DNA from: Nemertoderma westbladi
Taxonomy: Eukaryota > Animalia > Xenacoelomorpha
Direction: 5' to 3'
NCBI GenBank assembly: GCA_032718475.1
Contig: JAUCBJ010006078.1
Coordinates: forward strand, 1 to 64,000
DNA length: 64,000 nucleotides
The notes under the pieces are model-generated. The model was not told the origin of the DNA and did not search any database. It worked only from the letters and a program-made list of their open reading frames with translations. Positions within the stretch are counted from its first letter, which is position 1. Every line of letters begins with the position of its first letter. This document shows, piece after piece, positions 1-12,896 of the stretch. The translations under genes were made by a program, and so were the position numbers.

Positions 1-375
1 TTATGGGTGAAATATTTTTTGAGAGGCTGCGGCATTTTAAATTAAAAATATAAGATGTTGACATGTACAGTAATTTAAATTTTTTATTTGGTTTTAAAAC
101 TTTTTTCAGTGTAGGTTCCTCCATTAATATTAAGATTAGTTATATTGTCATCTGCGTCTAGGATTGAAAAGGGGTATGTAAGGACTGTGGAAACAGGTAA
201 TATGTAGGCCTAGTATGTGTATGGTAATATGTGTATGGTAAGGACATTGTGTAAACAGTCTTTGATTAGGCTGGATTTATACACAGCTGGGGACTAGTAA
301 TATATACATTAGGTATAAATAAAACCCAAGATTAAATATACAAATATATATTTTTATGGTTTAAATATTTTCTAG

Positions 376-533
376 TTGGATTCTGTACGACGGCGATTTT
401 GATGGCCCAACAGACATCGTTACGTTCGGCAGTTATACAAGTTCCCAACTCCCTGCCACTGCTGACAAGCTCAGTTCCTTGAGAGTCGTACCGAAATCAG
501 GGTTAATGTTATTCGATGAAATTGACTTTACAG
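376..533 (+). CDS. Host gene exon: beta/gamma-crystallin Greek-key motifs (upstream exons not identified, probably outside the window)
   Basis: tctag|...acag|gtaaat splice sites; manual translation WILYDGDFDG...GSY...ADKLSSLRVV...LMLFDEIDFTG; starts phase 2, ends phase 1. Confidence 0.85.
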
Positions 534-1016
534 GTAAATTTATATGATAATTCATAAAAATTGTAGGTAAATAATGTTAAATCTAAAGAATTTATATTAT
601 CATAACTTAACTTCATTCATTCAGGGATACCCCCCGGTCGAGGGGGGGGGGGGGGGGGGGGGGGGGGGTTACAGCTCTAACTTAGTATTGTAGGTTGTAC
701 TGAAGGTCAATATCACTGTTATGTGGTGTTCAACCAACGTTGCAAGGCCAAATTTTTTTTCTGTCCTCGCTCTAGCGGCGTGTGGCGGAATAAATATTTC
801 ACTACAAACACTACTAGTCCCTTAATATTTATCCAAATTTTATGTAACCAACTTTTTTGGACTCAGCACCTTCGAATCTACAACAATTTTCCAGCCGATT
901 TTTTAAATTATTAATTTTTAAGTAAATCAGTTAATTTAAATAAATAAAATTAATTAATATTTTCAATAAAATTGAAAAATCGTGAATGTAATAAATATAA
1001 TAAAATTTAACAAGTA

Positions 1017-1330
1017 TTTGTCTGCATCCTTCACTTTCTAAAGGAACATTATTCTAATCATCATTTGCCCCATTGCCGTATCGCTTAATTACATACCTAT
1101 CAAATGTTGCATCAGCTATAATCATTCATTTACTTCAATATTTCTGTTTAACACCCATCATTATTCATTATTGCTTTACCTGATTTGTCTGCATCCTTCA
1201 TTTTCTAATAGAACATTATTTTAATCATCATTTGCCCCATTGCCGTATCGCTTAATTACATACCTATCAAATTGTGCATCAGCTATCACTAAATCATTAA
1301 TTTATTTCTTAAATATTTTTGTTTAATACT
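1017..1330. repeat. Tandem duplication, period ~167 bp
   Basis: tttgtctgcatccttca...catcagctat occurs at ~1017 and ~1184. Confidence 0.85.
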
Positions 1331-1339
1331 TTTGTTTGA

Positions 1340-3660
1340 TTATTATTCACTATTGCCGATATAGTACCGCTCTGTTTAGGTATTTCATATTATTAGATTT
1401 ATTTTGGTACAAACAGCAGACAGTTCTATGATGCCAGCCTGCTGTGGGTGTCACCCTATGAAAGGGAAATGTTCCCGGTGCGCATGTGTTAAGCTGGGAC
1501 GTCCATGTACCACATGTGCGCCTGCTGTGGGTGGGCGCTGCTCGAATTCGATCGGAATAATCAGGTCCCAACCCGATATCCCCCATTCCGATCCTGCAGA
1601 TGTAATTTATCCATCACCAACGAGTTTTTCGCAGCCGGCTAACAGCGACAGTGCCCCATATGTTAGCAGATATGTCCGAGAGGATACTCCCCCAGTTCCT
1701 GTCCAGTCGGTTGTAGCAATATCTGCGAATGGACCGACTTCCACCGATACAGAACACATAGCGATGCCTCCCGGCTACGGTGGTTCTGTGGGGCATGGTG
1801 TCCTCGACTACTTGATGATGAATTCACCAAGAGCGAGACAGGCTACTGCTTCACTACGAGTCAATGATGATATACCACGAGATATAAACACTCACACGCA
1901 TACAAACTCAACTGTGGACGAACTAGATGACATAATAATGGACCTCACATCAACGCCTGGTAATGATAATGATTACATTGACTTGGACAGTACGCTAATC
2001 AGGTCCGTGAACAACGCAATGGGACCTGCCCCAGGGTGGGCAATCAGTCATTCTGGCGATGCCCTTGTTCAGTCCGGTTTCGCAGCTGGTCATTCAAATG
2101 AAACAACTGGTATCACCATTGTTGGTCAGTATGGTATTGATGAGGCTGGTCAGCCCGGTATAGATGAACTCAGCCTGTCGGGTTTCACAGTTAGTCAAGC
2201 TGGTTTCGTAGCTGGTCAGTCCAATATCGCCATTGTTGGCCAGTCCGGTATCGCCGTCATAGATCAGTCTGGTAATGATGAAGTTAGCCAGTCCAGTTTC
2301 ACAGTTGGTCAGGACGTTGCATCAGTTGATATTGTTGCTGGTCTGTCCGGTTTCGCTGCTGGTCAGCCTGGTATTGACGAAGTCACTCATCAGTCCGGTG
2401 TTGGTCAGTCTGGGGTTGGTCAGATTGAGGTTAGTCAGGCTGACATTGACCAGTCTGGTATCGATCAGTCTGGGGGCAGTCAATCCAGTGCCGGTCAGTC
2501 CGGCATTCGACAGTCTGGTATCAATCAGCCCGGTGCTGGTCAGATTGGGGTAAGTCAGTATGGTACTGGTCAGCCTGGTGTCAGTAAGTCAGGTGCTGGC
2601 CCAGGTGTCAGTCAGTCTGGCATCAATCAGTCCGGTTCTGGCACTGGTGTCAGTCAGTCTGGCGCCAATCATTCTGGTGTTGTTCAGTCTAGCTTCAGTG
2701 AATATGGGGACCGTCCTCCCGGAGCACCAACCCATATACCAGCTCAGTCAGGTCTCGGTCGGTCTGTCGATGGTCATTCTGGTATACCAATACTCAGGGA
2801 TGGTCAGTCCATATCACTACCCAGTGGCAGGCAGATTGGTGTCATGCCCAGTGTCAGTCAGTGCGGTTCACCAATATCCACAAACATATTGGATGATCCA
2901 TCAGTAGACAGACTGATGGAACGTGCATATGGAGCTAAACTGACCCACAACAAAGACCTATGTGCCGAGTCTGTGTGGCATAAACGTTGGTGCCAGGTGA
3001 CGGATAACACTGTACCATCACTATACATTGTCCCCGGTGGTGCAGTTGGCCGACACTTCGTGTCAGCTCTGTCCATTGAGGTGGAAAAACTGGCATCAGA
3101 TTGTTTGATATTCGAGTTGTTGACTCTGACGCCCCCTCTTATGCTACCAGATCAGTACAGTCGCTATTGAGCAGCGCAGAAAGAGAGAAGAAAAATAAAT
3201 ATCTGGACGCTTGCGCACAACGTCAGGCTGACTTCTCCCCTTTGGTTACCACAGTAGATGGCGTTCTGGGTACAGAGTACTCCATGGTCCTCCGCCGCCT
3301 GGCTGAGTTCCTCAGTACCAAGTGGGATAAACCCTACTCCCAGGTAATGTGCTGGGTCCGAACCAGACTGTCATTTGCGACGCTGAGGGCCACCTGTGCC
3401 TGTTTTAGATCATCCAGGTCACGTTGGCGGTGCTCAGGTGTAACGGATGGAGCTGCACTACCTCGATTTACACTCGAGAACTAGACACTTCCTGCAGCTG
3501 ATATTGAATAGTTTGCATTTTCAGGTTGTACAGTTTGCAGGGTTATCAACACTATTTTACTATAGCTACTGTATATATGTTTGTCTTCTGTCTTTCCTCC
3601 ACTTTTTGGCCATATTTCATTAATATTCTGTGCAGGTTATTGTTATTGTTATTGTTATTT
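1340..3660 (+). mobile_element. CRE-clade-like non-LTR retrotransposon, internally deleted (no RT); outer boundaries approximate
   Basis: ORF 1404-3170 has an N-terminal Cys cluster, G/Q/S repeats and the pre-RT segment LYIVPGGAVGRHFV, joined out of frame to a restriction-like endonuclease C-terminus (DIRVVDSDAPSY..AEREKKNKY..FSPLVTTVDG..WVRTRLSFA, 3101-3484); (TTATTG)n tail. Confidence 0.7.
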
Positions 3661-3669
3661 ACCATTAAT

Positions 3670-4520
3670 TAATAATCTTTATATATTGCAAATATAAAAA
3701 AAGAAAAAAATAAATATAATAAAATAAAAATAAAATAATAAAAAATAATAATAATAATAAAATAATAATAAAAAATAAAATAATAAAAAGATAATAAAAT
3801 CTTTTATTTAAAACAGTTTGTAACCGGATGCACCAATATAAATAAAAGTGACTATATATAATCACCATGTTACACAAGTAGAATACTATCTTTTAAAGAT
3901 CTCGACCCGTGTAACGATACCAATTTGTCATCTTATCCCAATTCACTTATTTATTAGTCCATCACATGTGGTAATTTGATGCTCAAATTTAAGAGTCGGT
4001 GTTATTGATTAATTGGTAAATCTAAATGTCTAAGTTAGTGCAGTAAATGTAATTCATGTGACACCATGGCACCCCCCAAACGAAATCAGAATTGATAGTG
4101 GTGACTTAATCCAAATGCATGCCTTTGTTTTGTGATGTACAACTTGTGCAATGAGATAGTGCTACAACAAGGGAGGAGACTTAGGCACGTTGAAATACTG
4201 TAAAATTCTTGAGTGCTTTCTCGAAAATGTTTAACAAGTTGTTCATCCATTTGCGACTGATGCGATGGTGCTAATACATCTATATTCTAATCTAATACGT
4301 CTATATTCTAATCTGTCTATATTATAGATTGTGGAGAGGTCCTTTTCGTATATAATATATAATCTTTGGTATAGGTCTCCTAGCCATGCGTCATTACAGT
4401 ATACAGTAGTTACATCAAGGCCTGCATATTCAATGGTGCATAAGACGTTTCCTGTATAGAAGTTGAAGAGTTGGTGAAAGCAAGGAACCTTGTTTCACTC
4501 GTTTTAATAGATGGATTCCG
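3670..4520 (-). mobile_element. Highly degraded LINE 3' fragment (CR1/L2-like)
   Basis: Minus-strand remnants resembling FY...IEYA and a (TTA)n-rich tail at 3670-3800. Confidence 0.3.
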
Positions 4521-4957
4521 CAAGGGTCGATGATGGTTCAAATTTGAGGTACAACACTGTGTATGTATACTGTATAGTATGACAATAGAGCTAAGCAGAT
4601 ATATGGATTTACATATGGATGGAGATACCGATGGTTCAGTGTATTGTTTTCTAAAAGTAAAATTTAATTCTTTCTAGTTTGAGAACTTTTCTACACTGAA
4701 TCAAACTGCTAATTGTTCATTTTTACAGAAATGTGTGAGCACATTTGAAACCAACAACATTGATATCAAGCTTGGAATGAAGTTATTAGCGAATGATGTA
4801 CTCTAGTTTTACTCCAATCAGTATGCCAATAAAATATGATCTCCTTCTCTTATTTAATGAAAATCATTGATGATTTTGAAATTTAATTTTGGAACATACA
4901 TTATTGGTATTTATTTGATCATTATAATTTTTTACTGATAACTTGTTTTTCGCTTAG

Positions 4958-5108
4958 GAAACTCATTCATATCATGTAACGGTCCAGTATACAAAGTAGA
5001 CGCCGACACAGACCGAAGGTGCAACGTTCCCGACTTAGGAGTCGATGAGTTTGACAACATCGCCAGTTCCATTATAATTACAGGAATCTTTCCTTGGCAT
5101 ATATACAG
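4958..5108 (+). CDS. Host gene exon: beta/gamma-crystallin
   Basis: cttag|...acag|gtgatt; translation GNSFISCNG...EFDNIASSIIITGIFPWHIY contains a D-N-x-x-S-S crystallin Ca-binding-type motif; phase-compatible with both neighbours. Confidence 0.85.
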
Positions 5109-5675
5109 GTGATTAATATTTCTATGAAAAATAACCGATTGTATTCGCAAATTATATAATTAAAGAATTACAATATAATTATTAATCTGATAATTGGACT
5201 ATATCCCAAGCTATGATGTACTTAGAAGCTATGATATTCAATTTAGTCATAAGCTCCCTCTATAATAATAATCTTCCATCTTCACTTACGTTTTGGAACA
5301 TGAATGTTGAAGCTGATTTACCTGCAGCTGTAAATTGTGTATATTCTTACAAATGGCTTATTTCTTCATCTTTGATGACATATTTGATTCAGAACTTCTT
5401 TAATTCCTGCTCTAACTTTAAACATTCGACTTGTTGCATAATAGACTGACTATATGACATTTATTTATTTTGCCAGACATATTAATAATAAATTTAGTCT
5501 CTCCTGTGTTTACATAAATTGTTACTTATGCTTCTAAGATTTTAATTTGTATTGTAACTCATCCTGTATATTTGATTGTAAAGAACTTATAATCATCACC
5601 TATCACATTAAGTATATTTCTTAGCATTACTCATAATAATAACGACGAACTATACCGGGATAATATTAAATGCAG

Positions 5676-5797
5676 CGGTGCCGATTACACTGGAGACAAC
5701 ATGAAACTTGAACCAGGTTTCTATGGATCAGAGTTACCAGTTGAAGATATCAGTGCGCTCATGATATATTGCAGAGAAGCAAAGAAACAGCCAAAAC
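5676..5797 (+). CDS. Host gene exon: beta/gamma-crystallin C-terminal motif
   Basis: tgcag|...aaac|gtaagt; translation SGADYTGDNMKLEPGFY...EDISALMIYC; phase 2 to phase 1. Confidence 0.8.
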
Positions 5798-6189
5798 GTA
5801 AGTTCTTGAAGACTTTGATTGACTTTCAAAAACAATAACCTAAAAAAAATAATTTTACCAATATTTTTATGGGCTGCTATATTAAGCGTGGAATAACTAA
5901 TGATATATATATAATTATTATTATAATATAATTTAATCAAAATATAATGGTTAAAATAAAAATCAGCTGACGTTCAATCACTTGGTGTTTTACAATTGCT
6001 GTTTTAAAAGTAATATATTTTAGGCGTGGAGGTGACCCAATTTGTAGGAAATATTATAACTTACCTTATGACGTTTTACTATTGATACTGAAATATTAAT
6101 TTACCATGTCGATGTCACATCAAAATTATTTAGCTATATTTATTCTAAACAATCACCATTAAATACTAAGCCAATCATTTTGCGAGATA

Positions 6190-7260
6190 AACAATAAGCA
6201 AGCTTGTCTTATTACTCTGGGGCCTAACACTATTGCATGTCCTATAGAATTACACCTTGCTGGAATGGTGGTGAGGTGGAACTGGTCGGACTGATTCCAA
6301 GCCCGGCAAACACACCGGACGTGTTCTAGCTAAATCAGCGATTGCACTTTGCGATATTTTTGCCCTCTAGCGGCAGACTAGAGAACTACAGACAGATGAG
6401 CCTCCTTTGAATGACACAGTTAATGGTCTAGTACAAATATGCCAAGTTTCAGAAAATGTGATGTTTAATATCTAGACATGTAGCCCTCTAGCGAGAGACA
6501 GAGGATTTGATGGTGTCTGGAAGTTCCTAAAAAAACAAAACTTATGGTCTTATTGATGCCTACTAATTTTAGACTCAAAGCTTTAAATCCGACAAAATTA
6601 TAAGTAAGTCAAAATCGTGATGATCGTAAACGATGATGACATACAGTACCATTATTGAATGAACTATTTTCCATAATTGACCTACCCCCCTAAGAGATAG
6701 CGTCAGTTCGCAAAGGCTCCGCCAACTTCGTGGCTCGGACCCCATACCCCATGCTATAAAATGTATTCGATCGATATACAATTATATATTAATCCGCTAG
6801 GTGGTGTCAAATTATTGTTCGGCAATTTCGTACTTGTACAGTACAGCAGTACCGTACCGGTAGGCCTATGTCATTACTTCGGAGTCTCTAGCCGATCCCC
6901 AATTAAATGTCTTAACTTTTCAATTTCGTAGAAGATAGACTTTATGATTCTCTACAAGCAACCAAAATTTCAGTTCCGGAAAATGAGGCGTTCCCGAGAA
7001 ATTTAACATTTTCTAAAAACCACATAATCTGTCGTAGCTGACGTCCGACTGCATGATTTTTCACCAAACTTTACAAATTTTCTAAGCTTTCCCTCTACTA
7101 CTTACCTACTAAGTTTGCTTCAATTTCGAATCAGCGATGCTGAGAAATTCGCTTTCAAGCATTTACCAGACAGACAGACGGACGGACAGTCAGACGGATA
7201 TGCTCCATTTGCCCTATATGAACCGTCTGTCAACGCTCGCCGACTACGTGTCCCGCCCCA
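6190..7260 (+). mobile_element. Possible non-autonomous Helentron/DINE-1-like element
   Basis: (CAGA/CGGA)n microsatellite at ~7166-7200 near the 3' end; internal repeated ccctctagcg motifs; no coding capacity. Confidence 0.3.
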
Positions 7261-8877
7261 CACCAAGTAGTTATCGATTAACAAAGTCACTTCCCCTCCC
7301 GGTTACTTCCCACCGGTCCCCCCCCCCCCCCCCCCCCTCCAATGTTATACTTTAATGTTATAACATTATTATACAATATTGTAATGTTAAACAATATTAA
7401 TTACATGCAATTAAACTAACAAAACACCGCAAAAATAAACTGTAAATTAGACAAACAACGAAGATACTGGAAATAAATACATTAATAATTTCAAATAAAC
7501 CATATCACAAAATGAAATAAAATAAATTGACCAAAGTTCAGTTTTGGAGTAAAACAGTTGAATTACTCGGATCCACTCTCAACCACCTTACTATTATGGC
7601 CAATTACGCGAAGATATGTCAGTTTATCATTGCGATTATTGGCAATGGCTGAAGCCAGGCGTTTCTCCTGGTTGATAGTAAATCACGCCTCTTAACCAGT
7701 GTGTATATTGAAAGTTAATCAAAATGCATCAATGTTGTTCTGAAACAGTTATATGAATAAGTTAGCTACCACTTTGGTAGCGAAAAAAATTTCCGAAATT
7801 CCCTTCCAGTCTGCCAAACCGGCCCTAGTTACTGCCTTAGCAACCGATTTATGAAATTTAATTTAATAATTGCTTCATCTCATCTTTCCTTTTCCTGATA
7901 AAATCAACAAACTGTTTTAAAATTAAAAAACCCATCACACAACTTAAATAATATCTTGGGAACACATCAAGGGCAATACAAAATCTAATAGCATCCAATG
8001 TCGCAGACACTGGCCCATTATTTGGACCAGAGTAATTTACACAAGTATCAAAATATTAAGTGTAGAATTCGCGTACTGTATATTTGTAATTATTTTAAAA
8101 TATCACTACAGCTCAGTAGCATGGTGACACTTCCCGTCATATTGTACACATTCGGGTGACATTTACATTTTACAATTCACGCTACCATAGCAACAGACCA
8201 AATAAGACATTTTAATAATAATTTAATTTACAGTGTAACTAACGATAATGCAGTTTTTCTTAGTTTACCTTGTCAGAGTTTTGAGAGATTAAATGTGACA
8301 CACGTCGCATAGCTAAAACCTTCGACTGTTAGTCAACATCATATCATATTGTTTAATACATATATGAATTTTAAAGTATCTCTGGCGTTTATCGATCGAG
8401 AACTACAGTTAAAAATCAGTACCGGTACCTCCAAGTTATCTACTTAAGAAATTTGATCACAGGCGTTTAAACTATGTAAATTCCCAGATTCAAGTTTCTA
8501 AGGAAACAAGTTGTGGATAATCTGGTTGATATGCAACTGTGATATACACTCTTAATTCTGCAACAGGCAGGTAGGTACATTGGACATTGATACAGAACAT
8601 TGGCCAAATTATAGATTCACATCTTACGCTTGAAAAGCAAGTGTCCCTAACAGTAAGCGAATCATAATATCACCTTCGCAATCTTGGTAGAGTGCGCCGC
8701 TATTTCACGTGTCTCTTTTTGTTTCAAAAGTCTCTTTCAAAAGTGTCTCTTTTTTAATCCCTCTTCTTCTGATTTTGAGGTATTAATACATGCATTTTTT
8801 CCAGCAAACTCGATAACAACAATGCCTTGCTATATGGTTTACCTAATAAACTGTTGAAATTGCAGTATGTACAAAAT

Positions 8878-9350
8878 ACTACTACTACTACTACTAGGAT
8901 CGGCATGCTGCATTGCAGCTGCATTTTTAAGAATGCTGTGCCGGCTTATCGACAAAATTGCACCGCCACAACTCCCTATCACCCATGACATTTGCTAGAT
9001 CATCCGCATCTTCAAGGCCAGTGTCCTTTAAGATGCGTCTCAAGAAAGTCATGGGCTGTCCACCATGCTTATTCACTCCATGAGGCTGCCAAAGTACAAG
9101 ATTATGCACTGGCTGGTCCTCACGGCGAAAGCAATGTCCTGCAAAGCGGAGGCGATTTTGTTCTAGTGTCAAGCTTGGGGGAACCAATGAGACACCTCCA
9201 ATGTTATATAGTGTCTGGTTGGAGATGTGTGCATTGTACTTGACACAATGAACCTGGTGTAGCATTCTTGTGAATGTGCCTTCTAGAGAGATTTGGTGTC
9301 CTCAGCAGTTAGAGCCCAGCATGGACTTCCATAGAGGAGTACTGGAACTA
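8878..9350 (-). mobile_element. RTE-clade LINE 3' fragment, copy 1
   Basis: LEQNRLRFAGHCFRR..LVLWQP..DRELWR C-terminus, (TAG)n tail; closely similar to copies at 20143 and 49845. Confidence 0.8.
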
Positions 9351-9359
9351 CTGCAATAA

Positions 9360-9620
9360 TAGACAAAATAGTGCGGCACGTCTACTATGTGGGATTACAA
9401 AGCGGGATCATATACACATGACCCCAGTATTAAGAAATCTCCACTGGCTACCGATATTACGACACGATAAAATAGCCCAATTGACATACAAATGCCTAAA
9501 TGGACTCGCTCCTGATTACTTGACTGACTTGCTTTGCGCTACAATCCTCCCAGAAACCTACGTTCGAGGAACCAAAATTTATTGGTTAACCCCAGATTAA
9601 CTGGATGCAAATCCAATCTC
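9360..9620 (+). mobile_element. L2/CR1-group LINE ORF2 C-terminal fragment
   Basis: QNSAARL..RDHI..TPVLRNLHWLPI..LTYKCLNGLAPDYL..YNPPRNLRS. Confidence 0.75.
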
Positions 9621-9980
9621 GGCGAATTGTTATTTTTTTGCAATGTTAAATTATCGATTTATGGAAAAGGACAGGTTACAGTGGCACGTTATTCTAACCA
9701 AAACAACAAAAGAAAGGCAATCTAACAACAGATTAATGTTTTATTTTTTAGAGTAATGAGCTGTTATTTGCGTCGATTTTTCCCTGGAGAGTGATGAATT
9801 TTGACTGCGTCGAAAGTCCCCCCACCCCCTCCCTCATCTGGCACAATCTTATCGTCCTACTGTACCTAACAGCAATGTTTACTTACTTAGAGAATGGTTT
9901 TCACTATCACTTGCATCTGAATAGGCCTATTATTATTATAACTTGATGGAAATGGATGGTGACGGACATATTCCTATTCT

Positions 9981-10447
9981 TAAAAGGAAAACTTGCCCGA
10001 ATGTAGTCTGTGAAGAGACATGCATAGTATGTGGAGCAAATAAAGATGAGCCATTAAGAATTGCTTCAGTTGACGGAAAGTTAATTAATTAAATTAAATT
10101 AATGAAATTAATTAATTTTGCACAAAAAAGGTTGGTATTTCAAGATATTTCTAATATAGAGCCCATTGATTATATACAAAGTATGACTGAAGAAGATTGG
10201 GCTACTATTGCTTTAAAATACCATTTAAAAGGAAAACTTGCCCGAATGTGGTCTGTGAAGAGACATGCATAGTATGTGGAGCAAATAAAGATGATCCATT
10301 AAGAATTGCTTCAGTTGACGGAAAGTTAAAATTAAAGGTGTCAGCACAAAAAAGGTTGGTAATTCAAGATATTTCTAATATAGAGGCCATTGATTATATA
10401 CAAAGTTTCTCTGAAGAAGATTGGGCTACTATTGCTTTAAAATACCA
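9981..10447. repeat. ~245 bp tandem duplication within the Academ 5' coding region
   Basis: taaaaggaaaacttgcccgaatg at 9981 and 10226. Confidence 0.85.
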
Positions 10448-10923
10448 TAAGTCATGTTATAACAGCTTTACCTCTTCTGAAAAAGGAAACGCTTACAATG
10501 TAAATTTCAACATAACGAAAATGTCAAACTTCAGATACAAAGAGACATTCAAACAAGCTCATCAGCAGTATCTTGGGAAAGATGTATATTTTACCAACTG
10601 TAATAAGCAAAAACTTGTAATATTGAAACAATAGAAAAGTCCCATCAGATTCTGAAATATCATGACCCTGATTTGATTTGAAGGTTTTCTAATATTAATG
10701 ACGTTTATCTCTGTAGGAAGCAAATATCATCTTAAATGTTTTGTTCAATTTGAGCATGGAGTTGTGAAGGAGATGTGCAGTAGTGAGATAGATTACACAT
10801 CCATTTTGAAAATTTTATGCAATAATATAGAGATAGAACTAGGATGACAACAAATTATAGATATGGGAAATGTCTGGCAATGTCTAGTTGACAAATTAAA
10901 CTCACTAAACTTACCAATCACAT

Positions 10924-11535
10924 TAAAATCAATCCTATACGGCCAGAAATGTAAGGATCTGAACAAACTTATTAATGCGGTATCAAAATATATATTGGAC
11001 TCTAAACGATTTAGCTCAGTTGAAATATAAACTATAAAGGCTCTAGTGTGTAGAGAACTACAAAAAATTCCAAATTAATAAATAAATTAGCACTCCTAAT
11101 CAAATGTATTTTTGGACCTAAATATACTGTGAATAAATTGAGAGCATTCACTTTCGTGTTGGAACTATTTATATGTACGTACAGTATAACAACACACAAT
11201 CATTTGTTGTATGTAATATATCTAATTTAACTTTGCTCTTCTACCCTTCTTGTTAACTATGTATGTAGGGTAATTGTGGAATATACAATAGCCTAGACTA
11301 GCCATAGCTATGACTAGGATTGTGACTGTGAGGTTTTCACCGGCGCTCGTGTTGGGTATGCGCTGCAAATATCTGTCGGTACAGAAATAATATATCTATA
11401 TTTAATAATAGTATGTTTATCATGAATTTGTTGGTGGTGTATCATGTAACAAACCCGTGAGGGCAGGATATAGGGCTTTGCCCTGTTTGCCCGTAATTAA
11501 AGAAATATTAATGTAAAAAAAAAAAAAAAAAAAAA
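10924..11535 (+). mobile_element. 5'-truncated CR1-like LINE end with poly(A), inserted in the Academ element
   Basis: ILYG..NKLINAVSKYILDSKRF C-terminus, 3'UTR, ~21-nt poly(A) at 11515-11535, short acat/cat duplication. Confidence 0.65.
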
Positions 11536-11975
11536 CATGCTGTCCCTCAGAAGTACTTATCTAGATTACAATCTTTTTTACGAAGATATTAAACCAATCA
11601 TTGGAAGCAAAGCTAGATTTATGCGTCCATTACACCCACATAAATGTATCTTAATATGCCCTAGTAATACACCTTATTTATTACTTTCTGCTGCGTTGAC
11701 AGACATACGTCGAATCAAGCGGTTGCAGATGCAGAACCTGTAAATGATAATATAGTATAGTATAAACCAAGAACATGTTGATAAAATTATTCCACGCAGT
11801 CTAAGTATGTTTCTTTCCCTTCTCTTTGGTTTCGAAAATGCCTTGGAATGTTCCAGTAGTCATAACACTACAAATCATGCTATTAGTAGCATCGCTCAAG
11901 ATATCATATATAGTGTTTCCAATAGAACTAAACTAACTCCGGAACACTTTGGTCTAGGTCTGGCATTACTTCAAG

Positions 11976-12685
11976 TAACCGGTTTACCGGTACCTGTAGT
12001 TACTGTATGGTTTGGTGTAGTTTTTCCTGTGGTAGTTGGGTTGGGTTATGTAGCACTAAAATCGATTTGGTATTTTGTTTTTTAATGGGCCTTAGTGCCT
12101 GAGTACTAACAGTGGCCCAAGTGGCCCTAAATGCTAGGTAGTATCTGAGGGAATAAGACCCCCATGTCCTATTCTATTGTTTTCATATTAATATCACAAT
12201 CCCTCTAAAGTCGTGGTTGTCTAACATCATATAGTTATATATTTACAGGGGCATTTTCTGACATCTGTGCAATTTTGTTTAAAAATCTGATCATTTATCT
12301 GTACATACCGGTAGGTGCTAATTGGGGTTGGTTGCATTCAGTGGGGAATCATGTTTGTTTATGCATTTGGGGCTGATGGTAACATACTTTGGGGGTGGGT
12401 GGTTTCAACTCTGTTTGGTGGTACGGTAGGATTTCTAATTTATTGGTCATTGTCTTAATTTAGTGGTGCAGTTATGTTAGGGTAGGGGTGGGGTTCGTGG
12501 CACACTGCTGATGAGGAGAACCACGGATCCCAGGGTTCAACCTCAGGGTGCCTGAGTACTAACAGTGGCCCAAGTGGCCCTAAATGCTAGGTAGTATCTG
12601 AGGGAATAAGACCCCATGTCCTATTCTATTGTTTTCATATTAATATCACAATCCCTCTAAAGTCGTGGTTGTCTAACATCATATA
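11976..12685. mobile_element. Non-coding insertion with a ~138 bp direct repeat (possible Penelope pseudo-LTR remnant)
   Basis: Repeat at 12095-12233 and 12548-12685; flanked by the 11-bp near-duplication attac(t/a)tcaag that interrupts the Academ GLALHQATR codons. Confidence 0.6.
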
Positions 12686-12896
12686 ATTACATCAAGCAAC
12701 AAGGTCAGAGCAATTGGTAAATTTATTTCATGCCACCAATCACATTGTTGGTATTGAAACTATAAGAAGATTTGACAATGCAATTGCCAACTCAATTCTG
12801 GATAAATATATATATTGGTAATTAAAAAAAATATATATATTATATATAATATATATATATATAATATAGATATAATATATAACATATAATAACTTA

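Noticed and set aside
640-668. Poly-G/C runs here and elsewhere as G-quadruplex signals
   Set aside because: Simple homopolymers whose length varies even between the two LTRs; no specific structure is supported
12505-12546. Second hammerhead ribozyme (CTGATGA plus a stem)
   Set aside because: The GAAA core box is missing; at best a decayed relic
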